From assembly GCF_009914755.1 (NCBI RefSeq), contig NC_060932.1: a stretch of DNA of 64,000 nt; one strand, written 5' to 3'. Of this stretch, positions 1 through 14,817 are shown piece by piece; positions within the stretch are counted from its first letter, which is position 1; each line of letters begins with the position of its first letter. This DNA is from the human T2T-CHM13v2.0 reference genome, Homo sapiens. The translations under genes were made by a program, and so were the position numbers. A model generated the notes under the pieces. That model searched no databases. It was not told the origin of the DNA and was given only the letters and a program-made list of their open reading frames with translations.

Positions 1-190
1 GGGACAGAGTCCTCTGTGAATTTCCAGCAGGACACTGCAGTGAGACTAGTGCAGACAGTCCCCCAGCTGGTTGCTGGATCTGGAACTGAAGTCTCCAAGC
101 TAGAGTCCATGACCCCAGGGGAACCCTAGCGTAAGGTATTCATGAATTCAGGGCTGCTCACAGTTAGATGGGATAAAAAGTGTGTCTTTA

Positions 191-434
<244 letters not shown>

Positions 435-674
435 TTATCTTCACTAACTTTCACTAACTTGAATTTACAATTTCCTTCCATTATGAATGCAGACAGCAGA
501 ACACATTCCTATGAGATTCATGCTAACAATATCAAGATAGCTTATCATCACTGAAGAGTTCTTGCAATGGTCTGGAAACACCACCCTCCCCACGCTTGAG
601 GCTGCAGGAGCTGCCAGTCCCCTGCCGGGTCTCTCTCTCATTGCATGCCGGCTGCTATAAGGAAGCGTCATAGC

Positions 675-865
675 CTGCCTGGCTTATGAACCCCAGAGAT
701 TTATCTCTCACAGTTATGGAGGCTGGAAGTCTGGGGTCAGGGTGTCCAGTGTGGGCAGCCTCCTTGTTCATAGGCAGCAGCTTTTCCCTGCGTCCTCACA
801 TGGTGGAAAAAGCGTAAGGAAGTTCCCTAGGATCCCTTTATAAAGGCACGAATCCCTCATCCTGC
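675..865. mobile_element. MaLR LTR fragment (MLT1-like)
   Basis: gatttatctctcacagttatggaggctggaagtc...tcctcacatggtggaa...ttataaaggcacgaatccc resembles the MLT1A/B consensus (recalled). Confidence 0.65.
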
Positions 866-2111
866 CCCCAGACAATCCACAAACCCACGGTCACAGACGT
901 CGGTCATCTCTTCCACATTTCATGTCACTGCCATGCCCAAGGCCTGTGGCGATAAGCCAGATGAGTTTAAATTAACCCGTGCGTGTACCGTGCCACACCA
1001 GGCTCAATAAATATTGGTTCAACGTATGAGTGAGTGATTTGAAAATTTACAGTTGATAAGCTCTTTAATTCCTTTTCTATTGAGAGTTTGTCCTAACTTA
1101 GAGGACTCTGACGTTTAAGTTATAAACTCCACTGTGCTCGGCTGTTAGCCTTGGCATCGACTTGAGCCTTTTTCTGTAGAGTTCCTTTCTGAGGACAATA
1201 CTTACTCAGGGGCACCCATGCATCCTTATCAGATGTTCTATGTGGACATGATTCAATTATCTATAACCGACATGTGCAAGAAATAACATTTTTTTTTAAA
1301 TCAACTTCCATTCTAAGTTCCCACCCCTCCTGCGTGGTGTACTGTGAAATTCAGCCTCTGTCATTTCAGGTTAAACCCAAGGCAATACCAAAACCAGGAC
1401 TCCCAGGAGGTTTGGAGGCATCTGGGAAGCCTCCTGGTCATAGGCCATTGGTCCCCTCATTGGTCCCCTCCGGCTGTTATGAGATCCCCAGGTCCCCTTC
1501 TGCATGCAGGATTCGCTCAAGTCTGCAGACCTTCCCTGGGGCATGATCAGGACAGGGGCCGTGTTCTGCAGCTGCTCAGAGACCCGCAGGTCCCCTTCTC
1601 TGGCTGTCATCATTCCCAGCTTCCGGCCTCTTTCCTCCTCTCCCTGAGCCCCTGGTCCCCTCAGTCATGTCTCTACTGAGTACAGGCTTTTGTGAAAGTC
1701 ATGGTGATCTTTGCCAATGGAGAGGATATCGTGGGGTTGGCTTCCTCCCATAGAAATCTCTGAAAAGAAGAACCGCTGATCTCACTTGAAATGGGAAGAA
1801 TTGTGGGGAAAACCTACAAATCCTATCACAAAGGTTTATTCTGCAACGTGAGTGGAGTGCAGGCGTTTCCCAGATCGGCAGCCACCACGAGGTCATCCTT
1901 GGATGGCGTCTGAACACATGTCTGGGGAGAGGTCCGGAGGGGCCCAAAAAATCATTGCCTGTGACGCTTCAAAATTTAACTTTATTCTCCAGAAAAGTAA
2001 AAATTATCCAGGTGTATACATTGAATTTGAATAACTGCCTTTACCTAAAGCTTAAGATGTCCAAAAGCCAATGCTATATATCAAAAATATTTTTAAACTG
2101 AAGCAAAAACC

Positions 2112-2272
2112 CAACCAGTAAATTCTTTTTGTTTCTTCAAAGCTACCAGAACACTCAATACCCAGTGTCTAAATTCTTTTTGCTTCTTCAAAGCTACCAG
2201 AATACTCAATACCCAGTGTGTAAATTCTTTTTGCTTCTTCAAAGCTACCAGAACACTCAACACCCAGTGTCT
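2112..2272. repeat. 51-bp tandem repeat, ~3 copies
   Basis: taaattcttttt recurs at 2119, 2170, 2221. Confidence 0.95.
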
Positions 2273-3555
2273 AGTCATTGCTATTTATATTGTCAGCAGT
2301 GGTGTTGGGGTAAACAGAATTTATTTAGGCCATTTTAATGTTCCCAAAATTAAAGCAAGAGATTAAATGAGAATGATTACTCTGAATTAATCTTTGAACC
2401 CTTTTTCAAACACCAAAAATGCAGAGTGCTAGAAATTTAACTGGCAAGTTTGGTCTATGGTTTTAGGTACTTGGATGGTGAGATCTGTATCACTACTGAT
2501 ATTTTCCAATGACATAGAAGGTGGCAACAAAATATAGTAAGGAAATAGTTATATAGGAAGGAAATATCTATGAAGGTAGGAAAAATACTCCTTTCTAAAA
2601 TATTTAATTATATTGGATTTATTTCATCCTAACATAGGTATTAAGATAGAGGATCGTGCTGTGCTTTTTAAACGTAAGTCATGGGAAAGCTTTGAAAATC
2701 CCAGTGGATTCATCATGGGGAATATTTGTATCTCTATTTATTTATTTATTTGGTTTTGGAAGCCAGGAAGGAAAGAAATAAAGAATGGAATGATGGATCA
2801 TATCAAATGTTACCATGAGTACAAGGAAGATAAAGAAAAAGAAAAAGATTCATTAGCTAAGGCAGCTGAAAGATCATGGTTGACATAGGCAACTGCAGAT
2901 TCATGGAATTTCTGGAGAAAAAGCCCCACACCTTAAATATGCGGGCAGGTTACATTTCCAAGTCTTTCAGTGGCAGGATATGCTCCTACTCTCTTTCTGT
3001 AATAAAAACGAGTATTTCTTGTATCCATTTATTGGTTTACAGCAGGTCATTACTTTATAACCATTTCGATCAATTACACAATCAATTGAACAAACTCACA
3101 AATATGTATTTGGTACCTGATGTGTATAAGATAATGGAGAGGTACTTTATAAAAGGAAAGGAAACAGAATTGGAAATAGATTTAGAAGCTCCATATACAT
3201 GAAGAGATAATCATGTTCAAAAACTTTTGTCCCTTCTTCTTATCAGTGTTGGATGATTATAAACTGTCCTATGATTCATAAAATAGTCAAAATTGCTGTC
3301 TCTTCTAAATATTGACAGCATAAGCTTAGATCTTGATGTAATTATAAGGCACAGGAGTGGTCTCTCACACGCTTATTCTGTGTGTGCGATAAAACGGAGG
3401 TTTTATCTGTGAGGGTATTCTAAAACACCCGTGTTATCTGGCAGATGGCGCTTAACAGAAATGAATTATTTGTCCTCTTCGGCTATTCCAGAAAAAGATA
3501 CTGGGTGCTTTTCAAAAGATCCTCAGAATCTGCATCTGCATTTCTTGACCAAGAA

Positions 3556-3848
3556 GACAGAAGCTTGGGTGACAGTTGCTGGAGCAGAGATGGGAGGAGA
3601 GTAGACACAGAAGCTTGGGTGACAGTTGCTGGAGCAGAGGTGGGAGGAGAGTAGACACAGAAGCTTGGGTGGCAGTTGCTGGAGCAGAGGTGGGAGGAGA
3701 GTAGACACAGAAGCTTGGGTGACAGTTGCTGGAGCAGAGATGGGAGGAGAGTAGACACAGAAGCTTGGGTGACAGTTGCTGGAGCAGAGATGGGAGGAGA
3801 GTAGAGACAGAAGCTTGGGTGACAGTTGCTGGAGCAGAGATGGGAGGA
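3556..3848. repeat. 50-bp minisatellite, ~5.8 copies
   Basis: aagcttgggt recurs at 3561, 3611, 3661, 3711, 3761, 3811. Confidence 0.97.
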
Positions 3849-5204
3849 CGGTACGGACATTCCTGCCATTGCTGCTGCTTCTCATGTCTGCCTCCAGCAT
3901 CTACCACCAAGAAAACCCCTGCTCAGCGGAATTTTGGGATTACATGGGGAATAATATGGGGAACTGTGCTAACAGATACGTGTATGCACTTTCTCAAACG
4001 TACCATCCAGCGTCCACATTCTGAAGATAAACAGGTTTACCAATTCTTTGCAAACACTCAGACACCGTATTTCTTCCTCCCCACCTCTGCCTCACAGCAG
4101 AAGGGCCAGGACTGAAGCAAGAGCCACACACATATGTGGCTGGAAATGTTGACCCACCAGATTCTGTGTGTTCTGTGTGGCCCTTCTTCACAGGGTGCCC
4201 TGAGCCCAACCGAATGAAGCGCTGGCCCCGTCAGCAGCCATGGTCACGTCCACTTGGAAGTTCCAAATCCCGAGGTTCCTGCAGAGAGCAGCTCTCTGCT
4301 GTGGCACCAGCTGCTGGTGAGGGATCCAGCTCCCCTAGTTACCTCCCCCATCACCAAGAGACTGGAAGTTCCTGGCATACAACATAGGCTGAGATCCTCA
4401 ACTGAGCTGCTTCTCTAAAGCAGGGGCAGCGGGCATAGCTCCAGCACATGGCGGCTGGGGCGTCCATCCCTTCTGGAATATGCCCTGCCATGACCACCCC
4501 ACTCCTGCCGGGCTCCTGCCTGGCCCACAGCTCCAATGGCTTAAGCCCCTAGCTCCGTTCTCTGCGTTCACAAAACCACCACAGGCTGTGTAGCCCTCCC
4601 CATGTGAAATAACAGGGGAAGATGTCTGACTTACAAGGCAACTGCCAGGCAGCAAAAATCCTTCTGATCGTATTTTCCATCTGGGTATGTGCTCATCAGA
4701 AGTAAATTTGAAAAGTTAAAAAAAAACGAAGTGATGGAGGGACACAGTCTTGTGTGTGACCACCCGAGGCAAGCCCCGCCTGCACCTCTGGTCAGACATT
4801 CCTCAGCGCCAGCCAGCCTTTGCATGAGGCAGCACTCAGAGCCTCGTCAGAGCCGGGCTGGGCAGGCAGCCTGCCCCAGGCACCTACACAGCTCGTTTCT
4901 GCAAGCCCCACTTGCCCAGTGAGGCTTTCTCTTTTTCCTTGAGAATTAAGTTGGTTTTTTTCTGGTCATACACTCTTTAACATGCAGGTGTAGAATTAAG
5001 AGATATTTGTGTTTCTTTCCTAAATGATTCCATAAACCTGGTGCTAAGGAACTATTACATTAGACCCTTGGTGTAGGCAGCAAAGGAGATTGGGCTTTAC
5101 GCACACCGAGGTTCTTACGTGAAGATGCTAATGACATTCCTCCTGGAGTGTGTGTGAGCCCACCACGTTCCTCATCCTGTTATGTATATTTTAGTAATCC
5201 ATTC

Positions 5205-5362
5205 CATTCATTGTGAGTCTCTCCCCTGGCTAGAATATAAGTTCCACAGGGGCCGGGTTTTCCTCGCTGCTGAATTCCCGTGCCTAGAACAGTGCTTGGC
5301 ACATAGTAGATAGAAATGTTTGTTGATTTATTTAGTGAAAAAAAGGAATAAATGAATGAATA
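5205..5362 (+). mobile_element. L2 3'-end relic
   Basis: ctagaatataagttccac...gtgcctagaacagtgcttggcacatagtag...tgtttgttga followed by aatgaatgaat. Confidence 0.65.
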
Positions 5363-6017
5363 AGAAGGATTCTCTCTCTGTGTGAACTACTACCTTAGCA
5401 CTGCTGCCCACTTGCAACTAACCCTGGTCTTGTGCGTGATATTTCTGAGTTTCCAGGAGAGCAGAGACAAGGTAGAGAATAAAACCCTCTGTCAGGTCAA
5501 CGACACCTAGGAAGTGGTAGGCGGTCCGTAGATTTTTGGGGACATGTACATGGATGAATCAGTCCTTTCTGTGCACTTATGTAAAACTTATTTTCATTCC
5601 TTATGGAATTTGCATCGTCTGTTTCTGTCATTCTTGAAGTCAGGGTCAGATCTTTATTTTAAAATAAAGAATAACATGCGAGACAGACAGTAATGAGACC
5701 AGCTGGCGAACCAAAATGTTATGAGCAGTTTCTGAAAAGCAAAGTAAATTGCCTCCTTGGTCTATGTATCATCCCATCAGCGTTCGTATCTCAAGGCTGT
5801 GCCACAGATGACTCATTGTGCAATTATCTTGCCAGCCTCTCCGGTCCATATGCCCTTTGCCTTGGGCCCATGAGAGTCGCAATTTCCTGGTGACCCAGAG
5901 GACTGTCATGGGCCTTTCTCTATTTTGTTAGAAGCTCTTCATTTTCAGGGTACCACTGTAAATGGGGGATTTGAAACACATCTATTTCGACGATTAGGAT
6001 GAAGAAGGAGTGCCCAG

Positions 6018-6230
6018 TTGCTGCCAGGCCTGGAGATACTGTGGCATCGCGTTGGTTCTTAGTGCTGGCCCTGTGGGTGGGGTAGGGAGCCGACAATCCT
6101 CACCACGCAGATGCTGCCAGGCCTGGAGACACGGGCAGCACGTTGGTTCTTGGTGCCTGGAGACACTGGCATTGCATTGGTTCTTGGTGCTGGCCCTGCG
6201 GGTGGGGTAGGGAGCCGACAATCCTCACCC
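6018..6230. repeat. Imperfect tandem duplication (~95-120 bp units)
   Basis: gctgccaggcctggaga...gggtggggtagggagccgacaatcctcacc occurs twice, with an internal partial third copy. Confidence 0.85.
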
Positions 6231-6527
6231 CGCTCACGGGGAGGCTGCAGGTGCCTGGGGTCATAGGGCTTCCTGTGGCGGGGCCAGAACCGAGCCCGGG
6301 TATCCCGTGGCCATCCCACACCCTCACTGCTCTCAAGGCTGCCGGCTTCCTGGCCCCACAGGTGTCGTTCATGCTCAGCTAGCTCAAACTGATGCTTACT
6401 GATCCACATAGGCTCTGGAGGTTCACAGAGCAACTTCAGTGCAAGGAGCCCTGATTTATTGGCAGGACCAACGGCAGCCCTCTGATGGGTCCGTCTCTCA
6501 GATCCGTGGGCAGAGGGCAAGTCAGGA

Positions 6528-6642
6528 TGTTTGGGCTGTAAATTGCAGGGGTGGATTCCTGTATTTGCTTGGGCTGTGAACTGCAGGGGCGGACTCCTGT
6601 ATTTGCTTGGGCTGTGAACTGCAGGGGCGGACTCCTGTATTT
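6528..6642. repeat. 38-bp tandem repeat, 3 copies
   Basis: ttgggctgt recurs at 6531, 6569, 6607. Confidence 0.9.
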
Positions 6643-7279
6643 CCTTTTCCATTAGGGTCACCTTAAGATTGAGATTATGACATCCATAGTGTGGGTTTGG
6701 GACCTTCCAACCTTCTGATCAAGCTTTATGGGAGACGTTGACATGATTTAGGATATATTCATTTGACTCTGAGGTGTAAGTCAGAGGTAACACGGTCTTA
6801 ACTCTTGTCAGTTGCCTTTGCTTTATTGTTTTATTAATTTTTTAATTGAAGGTCACTTCCTTATCCTTAGAAAGAGAGACATTAGTAACTTCAGGTATGT
6901 TAGTTGACGGATCAATGTCTGCGCACTCACTATTTGCCATGTGCATGGTAAAAATAAACTCTCATCATCAAATAAAATACCACCTACAGAATTAGCCCTC
7001 CCTTGAAATCTTGGTAGTAAAGATTTCATTCTGATACAACTTCAGTATAGATGTCATTCACAATTAGGTGTCCCGTGTACGCACATGCACATATGGAGAG
7101 ACACACTGACTGTGAAGATGTGTAACAAATGCTACCTCCTGTACAGTTCACAGCATCTCAAAAAACAGGCCCACCAGCATCCTCCAGTTCTTGGTCTCTT
7201 CATTTTTCCACTGGAAAAATTATTCCTTTCAAACATGTTTTCATCTAAGAAGCTTTGCATTCTTAAAGAATTGGAACAT

Positions 7280-7579
<300 letters not shown>

Positions 7580-8941
7580 GAATTGGAACATAATTGTGTC
7601 CTACTTATCAATTGGATTGGGAAGGAGCCAAACTATGTTGCTGATATGTTTCTGTTTTTTGTGTGTGTTGATGTCAAATCATCCTAAAAGTCAGTGTGCG
7701 CCATCACTGATGATGCATTCCTTTTCTGGGTTATCCTTTAGTTTTGTTACCTGGCCCTTTGAACATTCAAAATTCTGTACTTAGAAACATGTGACTCTTC
7801 CGTTCACTAAACGTTGATGCATTCTCAGTGTTCTTCAGAAAATACAAGTTCTCGCCGTGTGATGTGATGTTCAAACCTTTTCAATGGAAACAGGAAGTGT
7901 CTCGAACAGCAGAGCAGCTGACATCACTTCATTTTACTGTCTACATGTTAAATGCTGGTGAGACTATAATTTCTTGCTAATTAACACATTCAAAATAGAC
8001 ATCTTTGCTGCTAACCTATCAACGTTGCCCCAGAACTTGTGGGACCCACATAATTTCTTGTAACTTCAGGAAAACCATTGTGTGTATGCTTGTGGGATGT
8101 GACTTCTGTGTCCTGTCTGATTTATTCTTCTGTTTTGTGACTAGCATTAATTAAAGTGTCAAAATGGCTTTGATCCTCTATGTTGAATCTTTTGCCTTGA
8201 AAGTTTAGTTTGTCCAATATTCATTCTCTCATTCAGACAGTCATGGGCTTGATGACTGTAATTCCTTTTATGCTATCATCCTTGAAGTTCTAATTAAGAG
8301 AGTGCAATGAATGCAAGTGTGGCTGTTACATTCAAATAGAATGGCAATGCTTGCCATTCAAGGGATATTTTATCTTGATTACGTATTTGTGCCTTATACG
8401 ATGGAATGCTAATTTTCAAATTCCCGTTTGGTTTGCAAATGACTTTCAAGCATTGAATTCAGAAGTGGTGTCCAGAATTCCAGGTGTAGAAGGATAATTA
8501 AACATGTGTTTAAAGCGATGATGGATTCACATTTGCGATTCCTCAAAGCCATGTGAAGTGTAGATTGTGGAGCAGTTTCTTTCATCTCATTCACACGAGC
8601 TTCTTTCCAGTAAAATGCTTTGGTCCAAAATCTCCTCCACGAGGTTGGCTAACCCAACACCTTGAAGACCTGAAGGACCTTCATGATCAGAGTCCTCTGC
8701 TTCATGTGCTGTGTTAGAACACTCAGGGAACTATGTCCAGACATGGCCTCTTCATGCAGGACATGTCCTAGACAGCGCTGCCAGCACAGCCGTCATGATG
8801 AGGAAGACGTTCCACGCTTAGGCAGGCCAGCGTGGTAGCTGCTGGCCGCACCTGACCATGACCAGTGGACACACAGCGTGTGCCGCAGAGGAACCCAAGT
8901 GTAATGGTATTTTAGGTGTTCAGATATTTTAGAATATTGGA

Positions 8942-9272
<331 letters not shown>

Positions 9273-10728
9273 CTAGAAAGGAGCCTTTCTGACACAACTG
9301 TGGTAAACCTAAGAATGTAGGCATTTTCAATGGGTAGCAGTCTCCCACCCCTTCACTCTGCCAACACTGCAGCCACCACTGCGTATTTGTCAATTGTGCC
9401 ATCTCCCCTTCTGACAGTCCTTTTGACTCCAGATATTTGGGCAATTTTTTCAGAAGGGGTTTGCAAATGAGGTGGGCTCAATTCCAGATACATCTGAGGA
9501 AAGTCAGTTTTTACACACCTCTTCCCTGCCCCATTTATTCAGCTCTAACAGGGAGGGACCCATCCACCTGAATACATTTCCTTTAAGCATCAACACTCTT
9601 CATTTCATGCAATTTTTATGGAATTCTTCCTAAAACTTACTATATGTGTGGCTCTCTCCATCCTAAGTAGTGTGATTAACCTTTTCTTCGTGCCCCAAGT
9701 CATTCCATTGGCCTCAGAGTACTCAAGAGGCAAAGCATGTTACACAGTTCCTTCTGATCACAACCCCATTATTCTCAGAGTGACACCAACTTATGCGATC
9801 CCTGTGAAACAAACAAAATCCAAACCAATTCAGTAATTGAATTACAAAGCCCAGGTATGTTTTCATCTATTTCCCTGTAATTTGGAAGACACTTAAAAAA
9901 AATCATCAGGGATTTTATAGTGTTGTTTACATGGTAAAAGAAACCAATGCTAGGCTTTAAAAACCAAACAGATACTCATGCTTGGAATAGGTATTTTTTT
10001 TTTAAAGAAAGTAGTCAGGTCAGGTCTTCAGAAACTTTCAGTTATTAAACAATCATTTCTTCTTCTAATTTCAAAATACATATTTGATCACTTATATAAT
10101 CCCATGTGGTTGTTTAGTAATCTCTGTCTCTGTCTTGATTCATCTTCTTTTTAAGGACGTAGACTAGAATTACATTGCTAAATTAAATTTTGAATTTTCA
10201 AATACATTTAATGTTTGACATACATATAGAAAGTGATAGATAACACAGCCTATAGCTCATAAGGATTAGTTGTGATAAACGCATGCTAGGCGTGCACTCA
10301 CAGAAACAGAATGAAGACGATTATTATCACCCACACCATCCAACTGAATGGCTGGATATTTTTCTCTAATGTGTAAAATGCTTTCATTCATTGATTTTAA
10401 TCTGTGGCAGCAAATTAATGTGGTCAAATGATCATTTTGAATTCTTTCTTTACTATTGTTTCCCAGCCTCCAATTTTAACTTTAATGAGCCATGTAGAGA
10501 TTTACAATTCTATCACACAGGGCTGTACAGGCACAACAAATGTTTGTCAAAAGAATGGATTAATGAATGAATGGATGCAGTGATATACTTCCATGTTTCA
10601 GAAATCATTTCTTAATGTTAATCTCTATATCAAAATCATTTTATGTACTGCAATTTTTATTTAACCAGGACAACTGATAATTTTTAAAATATAGAAATCA
10701 AATATTGCCAATATAAGGAAAATATAAG

Positions 10729-13256
10729 TGAAACAGCTTCGTTGTCTGGGGTATAAACCCTGGTCCTTTTGTCACAGCCGAGAAAGAATTTACGACATGG
10801 ACACATGGTTTTAGGGGGCGAAAAGTTTAATAGAAAAAGAAGTGAGAGAGAAAAGACTTCCTTATGCTGAGGGAGCAGATCGCCCAAAAGAAAGTCTCCC
10901 GTTTGCAGCAGAATGCAATCGGTTCTGTACAGAGGCTTGAGGAGGTGGTGATTGGCTTACATAGGGCCCAGGGGATTGGTTAGACCAGATGTGACATTTA
11001 CATAGTTCGCAAAAAGACTGGCCCTCCCACCCTCGTCTTTTATTATGCAAATGAGGGCTCCACCCTCCACCTGGCTGGTTGCCATGATACCTGTATACCT
11101 GGCTTTACCTGGAGGCTGCCATGACACCCTGCACATACTGACAAGCAAAAGCGAGCAGGAGATGCCATATTGAATGTACCTGGCTTCCAGGTACAGCTGC
11201 TCCATTTACATATGAAAGCTCCTAGTCTGCATATCTATGCCTGACTTCTTAGGCAGCTTTCCCTTAAAGAAGAAACGGTTTAGGGGCTACTTTTTTATAT
11301 ATATACTTTAAGTTCTGGGATACATGTGCAGAACGTGCAGTTTTGTTACGTAGGCTATGGATCCGTCTGGTCCTGGGCTTTTTTTGGTTGGTAGGCTATT
11401 AATTACTGCCTATTTCAGAACTTGTTATTGCTCTATTCAGGGATTCCACTTATTCCTGTGTTAGTCATGGGAGGGTGTATGTGTCCAGGAATTTATCCAT
11501 TCCCTTCTAGATTTTCTAGTTTATCTGCATAGCGGTGTTTATAGTATTCTCTGATGGTAGTTTGTATTTCTGTGGGATCAGTGGTGATATCCCCCTTAAC
11601 ATATTTTATTGTGTCTATTTGATTCTTCTCTCTTCGCTTCTTTATTAGTCTGGCTACCGGTCCATGTATTTTGTTGATCTTTTCCTGGATTCATTGATGT
11701 TTGGAAGGTTTTTTTGTGTCTCTATCTCCTTCAGTTCTGCTGTGATCTTAGTTATTTCTTGTCTTCTGCTAGCTTTTGAGTTTGTTTGATCTTGCTACTC
11801 TAGTTCTTTTAATTGTGATGTTAGGGTGTCAATTTTAGATCTTTTCTGCTTTCTTCTGTGACAATTTTGTGCTGTAAATTTCCCTCTAAACACTGTGTTA
11901 GCTGTGTCCCAGAAACTCTGTGTCCCAGAGATTGTGGGACACAGCTAAAGCATTGGTTTCAAATAACTTATTTATTTCTGCCTTAATTTCGTTATTTACC
12001 CAGTAGTCATTCAGGAGCAGATTGTTCAGTTTCCATGTAGTTGTGCGGTTTTGAGTGAGTTTCTTAATCCTGAGTTCTAATTTGATTGCACTGTGGTCGG
12101 AGAGACTGTTTGTTATGATTTCCATCCTTTTGCATTTGCTGAGGTGTGTTTTACTTTTAATTATGTGTTTGATTTTAGAGTAAGTGTGATGTGGTGCTGA
12201 GAAGAATGGGATATTCTGCTGATTTGGGGTAGAGAGTTCTGTAGATGTCTATTAGGTCCACTTGGTCCAGAGCTGAGTTCAAGTCCTGAATATCCTTGTT
12301 AATTTTCTGTCTCATTGATCTGTCTAATATTGACAGTGGGATGTTAAAGTCTCCCACTATTATTGTGTGGGAGTCTAAGTCTCTTTATAGGTCTCTAAGA
12401 ACTTGCTTTATGAATCTGGGTGCTCCTGTATTGGGTGTGTATATATTTAGGATAGTTAGCTCTTCTTGTTGCATTGATTCCTTTACCTTTAGGCAATGCC
12501 CTTCTTTGTCTTTTTTTATCTTTGTTGGCTTAAAGTCTGTTTTATCAGAGAGTAGGAGTGCAACTCCTGCTATTTTTTGCTTTCCATTTGCTTGGTTAAT
12601 ATTCCTCCATCCCTTTACTTTGAGCCTATGTGTGTCTTTGCACATGAGATGGGTCTCCTGAATATAGCACACTGATGGGTCTTGACTCTTTATCCAGTTT
12701 GCCATTCTGTGTCTTTTAACTGGGGCATTTAGCCTGTTTACATTTAAAGTTAATATTGTTATGTGTGAATTAGATCCTATCATTATGATGATAGCTGGTT
12801 ATTTTGCCCGTTAGTTGATGTAGTTTCTTCATAGTGTCAATGGTCTTTACAATTTGGCATGTTTTTGCAGTGGCTGGTACCAGTTTTTCCTTTCCATGTT
12901 TAGTGGTTCATTCGGGAGCTCTTATAAGGCAGGCCTGGTGGTGACAAAAAGCTCTCAGCATCTGCTTGTCTGTAAAGGATTTTATTTCTCCTTCACTTAT
13001 TTAGTTTGTTTAGTTTGGTTGCCTGTGAAATTCTGGTTGAAAATTCTTTAAGAATGTTGAATATTGGCCCCCACTCTCTTCTGGCTTGTAGGATTTCTAC
13101 TGAGAGATCTGCTGTTAGTCTCATGGGCTTCCCTTTGTGTGTAACCTGACCTTTCTCTCTGGCTGGAGGGCTGCTTTTCATTAAAGGAAAATTCTACTAA
13201 GATCTTTCACCTTTTCTAGCTGCCTAAAAATAATTTCTTAATAACTGCTGTATTAT
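10729..13256 (-). mobile_element. ERV1-class (MER4-group-like) solo LTR split by an L1 insertion; LTR pieces ~10729-11290 and ~13166-13256
   Basis: Starts tgaaacagcttcgttgtctgggg; resumes after the L1 with ctgcttttcattaaaggaaaa...ctgcctaaaaataatttcttaataactgctgtatta; subfamily from recall only. Confidence 0.65.
11291..13165 (-). mobile_element. L1PA (about PA7-8) fragment: ORF1 3' part + ORF2 endonuclease region fused to the last ~60 nt of the 3'UTR
   Basis: Minus-strand ORFs AREKGQVTHKGKPMRLTADLS (ORF1) and MIGSNSHITILTLNVN...QETHL...GDFNIPLS (ORF2 EN); 3' end tactttaagttctgggatacatgtgcagaacgtgcag. Confidence 0.93.
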
Positions 13257-14270
13257 TTGTAACTTATTGTTCTGCTATAAACAATCCATTCAGAATGCAT
13301 GAGGGATTATATTATATGCATATACGCCCACTGTAAGTGAGAATGACAAAAGCTATATTTAAAATATATTTTAAGTGCCTGTCCCTGGTCTTCACACACA
13401 GATCCCCCTTGACCTCTGTACTCACATGTAAAAATGCGTCTGGTATCTGCATACCTGGAAGTTTTTATGTGTATTGCTAAATGTTTCTTTAACTTCTACA
13501 GTGTTTCCAATTCTTTAAACGCTACAGGTCAGTTATTTCTATTAAAACTATGTGTTGGATTTCTCATGGGGTCATTAACAAAGGGACTTACATGGACAAG
13601 TGATTAATATTTTTAGGGGATTAAAAATATCCTACCAGGACACATATTCCCTCCTGCAGAGATGGCGTTTCAGATCCTGTGGTTGGTAAACCCTCAGATG
13701 ATCAATCAAAACTTTCCCTTGGTCCTTTAGCTAAATGGCCCAATTGTTTTTGAGAGAACCTGAAGTTCTGATAACATAGTGGGCTTTTCCCCTTGAATGG
13801 TGTCACCGAAGAATACACGGCACCGTGATTCCGTAGCTAATACCGCAACTTTCAGCAACAAGGCTGCTGGAACCGGAATCTTGCACTTCCTGTCTACGAG
13901 ACAGGGAGAAACTTCACCTGTTTCTGCTGGCAAGGGTTGGGGGAGGCTAGGGGACAAATCCATGTAAAGACAGCAGTGACTGGCAGTTCACAAGTGTTCA
14001 AGCTCTAGCTCTTTCCAAGAAAACGTTGTCTAAATAGAAATCCTTTTCAAAGCCTTTCAAGCTGGTTTTCTTCCTGTTCACGTTGGAGCCCCAGGAGAGC
14101 TCTCATTCTCAGCCTGCTGGGCCCAGCTTCTCCTCATCCCGCTGAGGTGCTGCGCCTCATGGTGGTGGGGGCTGCAGACCTGTGTGGTGCATGACCACCT
14201 GTTCTCCATGGCCTCTACTATGTTGACATGGCCAGTAGGAGCACTGAGAAGAGGCAGGGAGTAACATCAC

Positions 14271-14765
14271 TGTTGACAAAAGGCCAGAAGCTGGGTCTAA
14301 GTTCTGCTGCTTACTGCACAGAAAGCCAATCACTGAGACAGCGAGTATTGCCAGGGAAGAAGGCTTTCATCAGATGCTGCAGGAAAGGACATGGGAGATC
14401 CATCTCAAATCCATCTCCCTGGCAAACTAAAATTAGAGGTTTATATAGCAGGGAAGAAATGTAACCATGTATGGGAAAACAGAAATGAGGGAGCTGTGAG
14501 GAAGAGGCGGCCACCAGGAAGCAGATGATGGGTTGGGCAGTCAGAGTGGATGTGAGGTCTTTGGTCTCATTGTCTAGATGCAGTGATCTGGTGAATTGGA
14601 GCTCCATGATGCTATCTGGGAGGCCTGATGGCTGCTGTCCTTAGAAAGGAACTCAGATAAGACAGATGTAACTTTCTCAGGTTTCAAGACTAGGAGGGTC
14701 AGTTTCTATGTTTATCTAAAGAAACCCATAAACATCCGCCCTATGGGACAATTCAGCCGGTGTCA
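14271..14765. mobile_element. ERV1 solo LTR (MER31-like)
   Basis: TG...CA termini with 4-bp TSD tcac; cagaaagccaatcactgagaca...attgccagggaagaaggcttt resembles MER31 (recalled). Confidence 0.72.
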
Positions 14766-14817
14766 TCACCATCACTCAGCTGAAACAGAGAGCCAGATCT
14801 CCTGCAAAGCCCGCTGC

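Noticed and set aside
11898-13181. L1 ORF1/ORF2 as functional genes
   Set aside because: Fragmented by stops and frameshifts, 5'-truncated, and missing the RT domain
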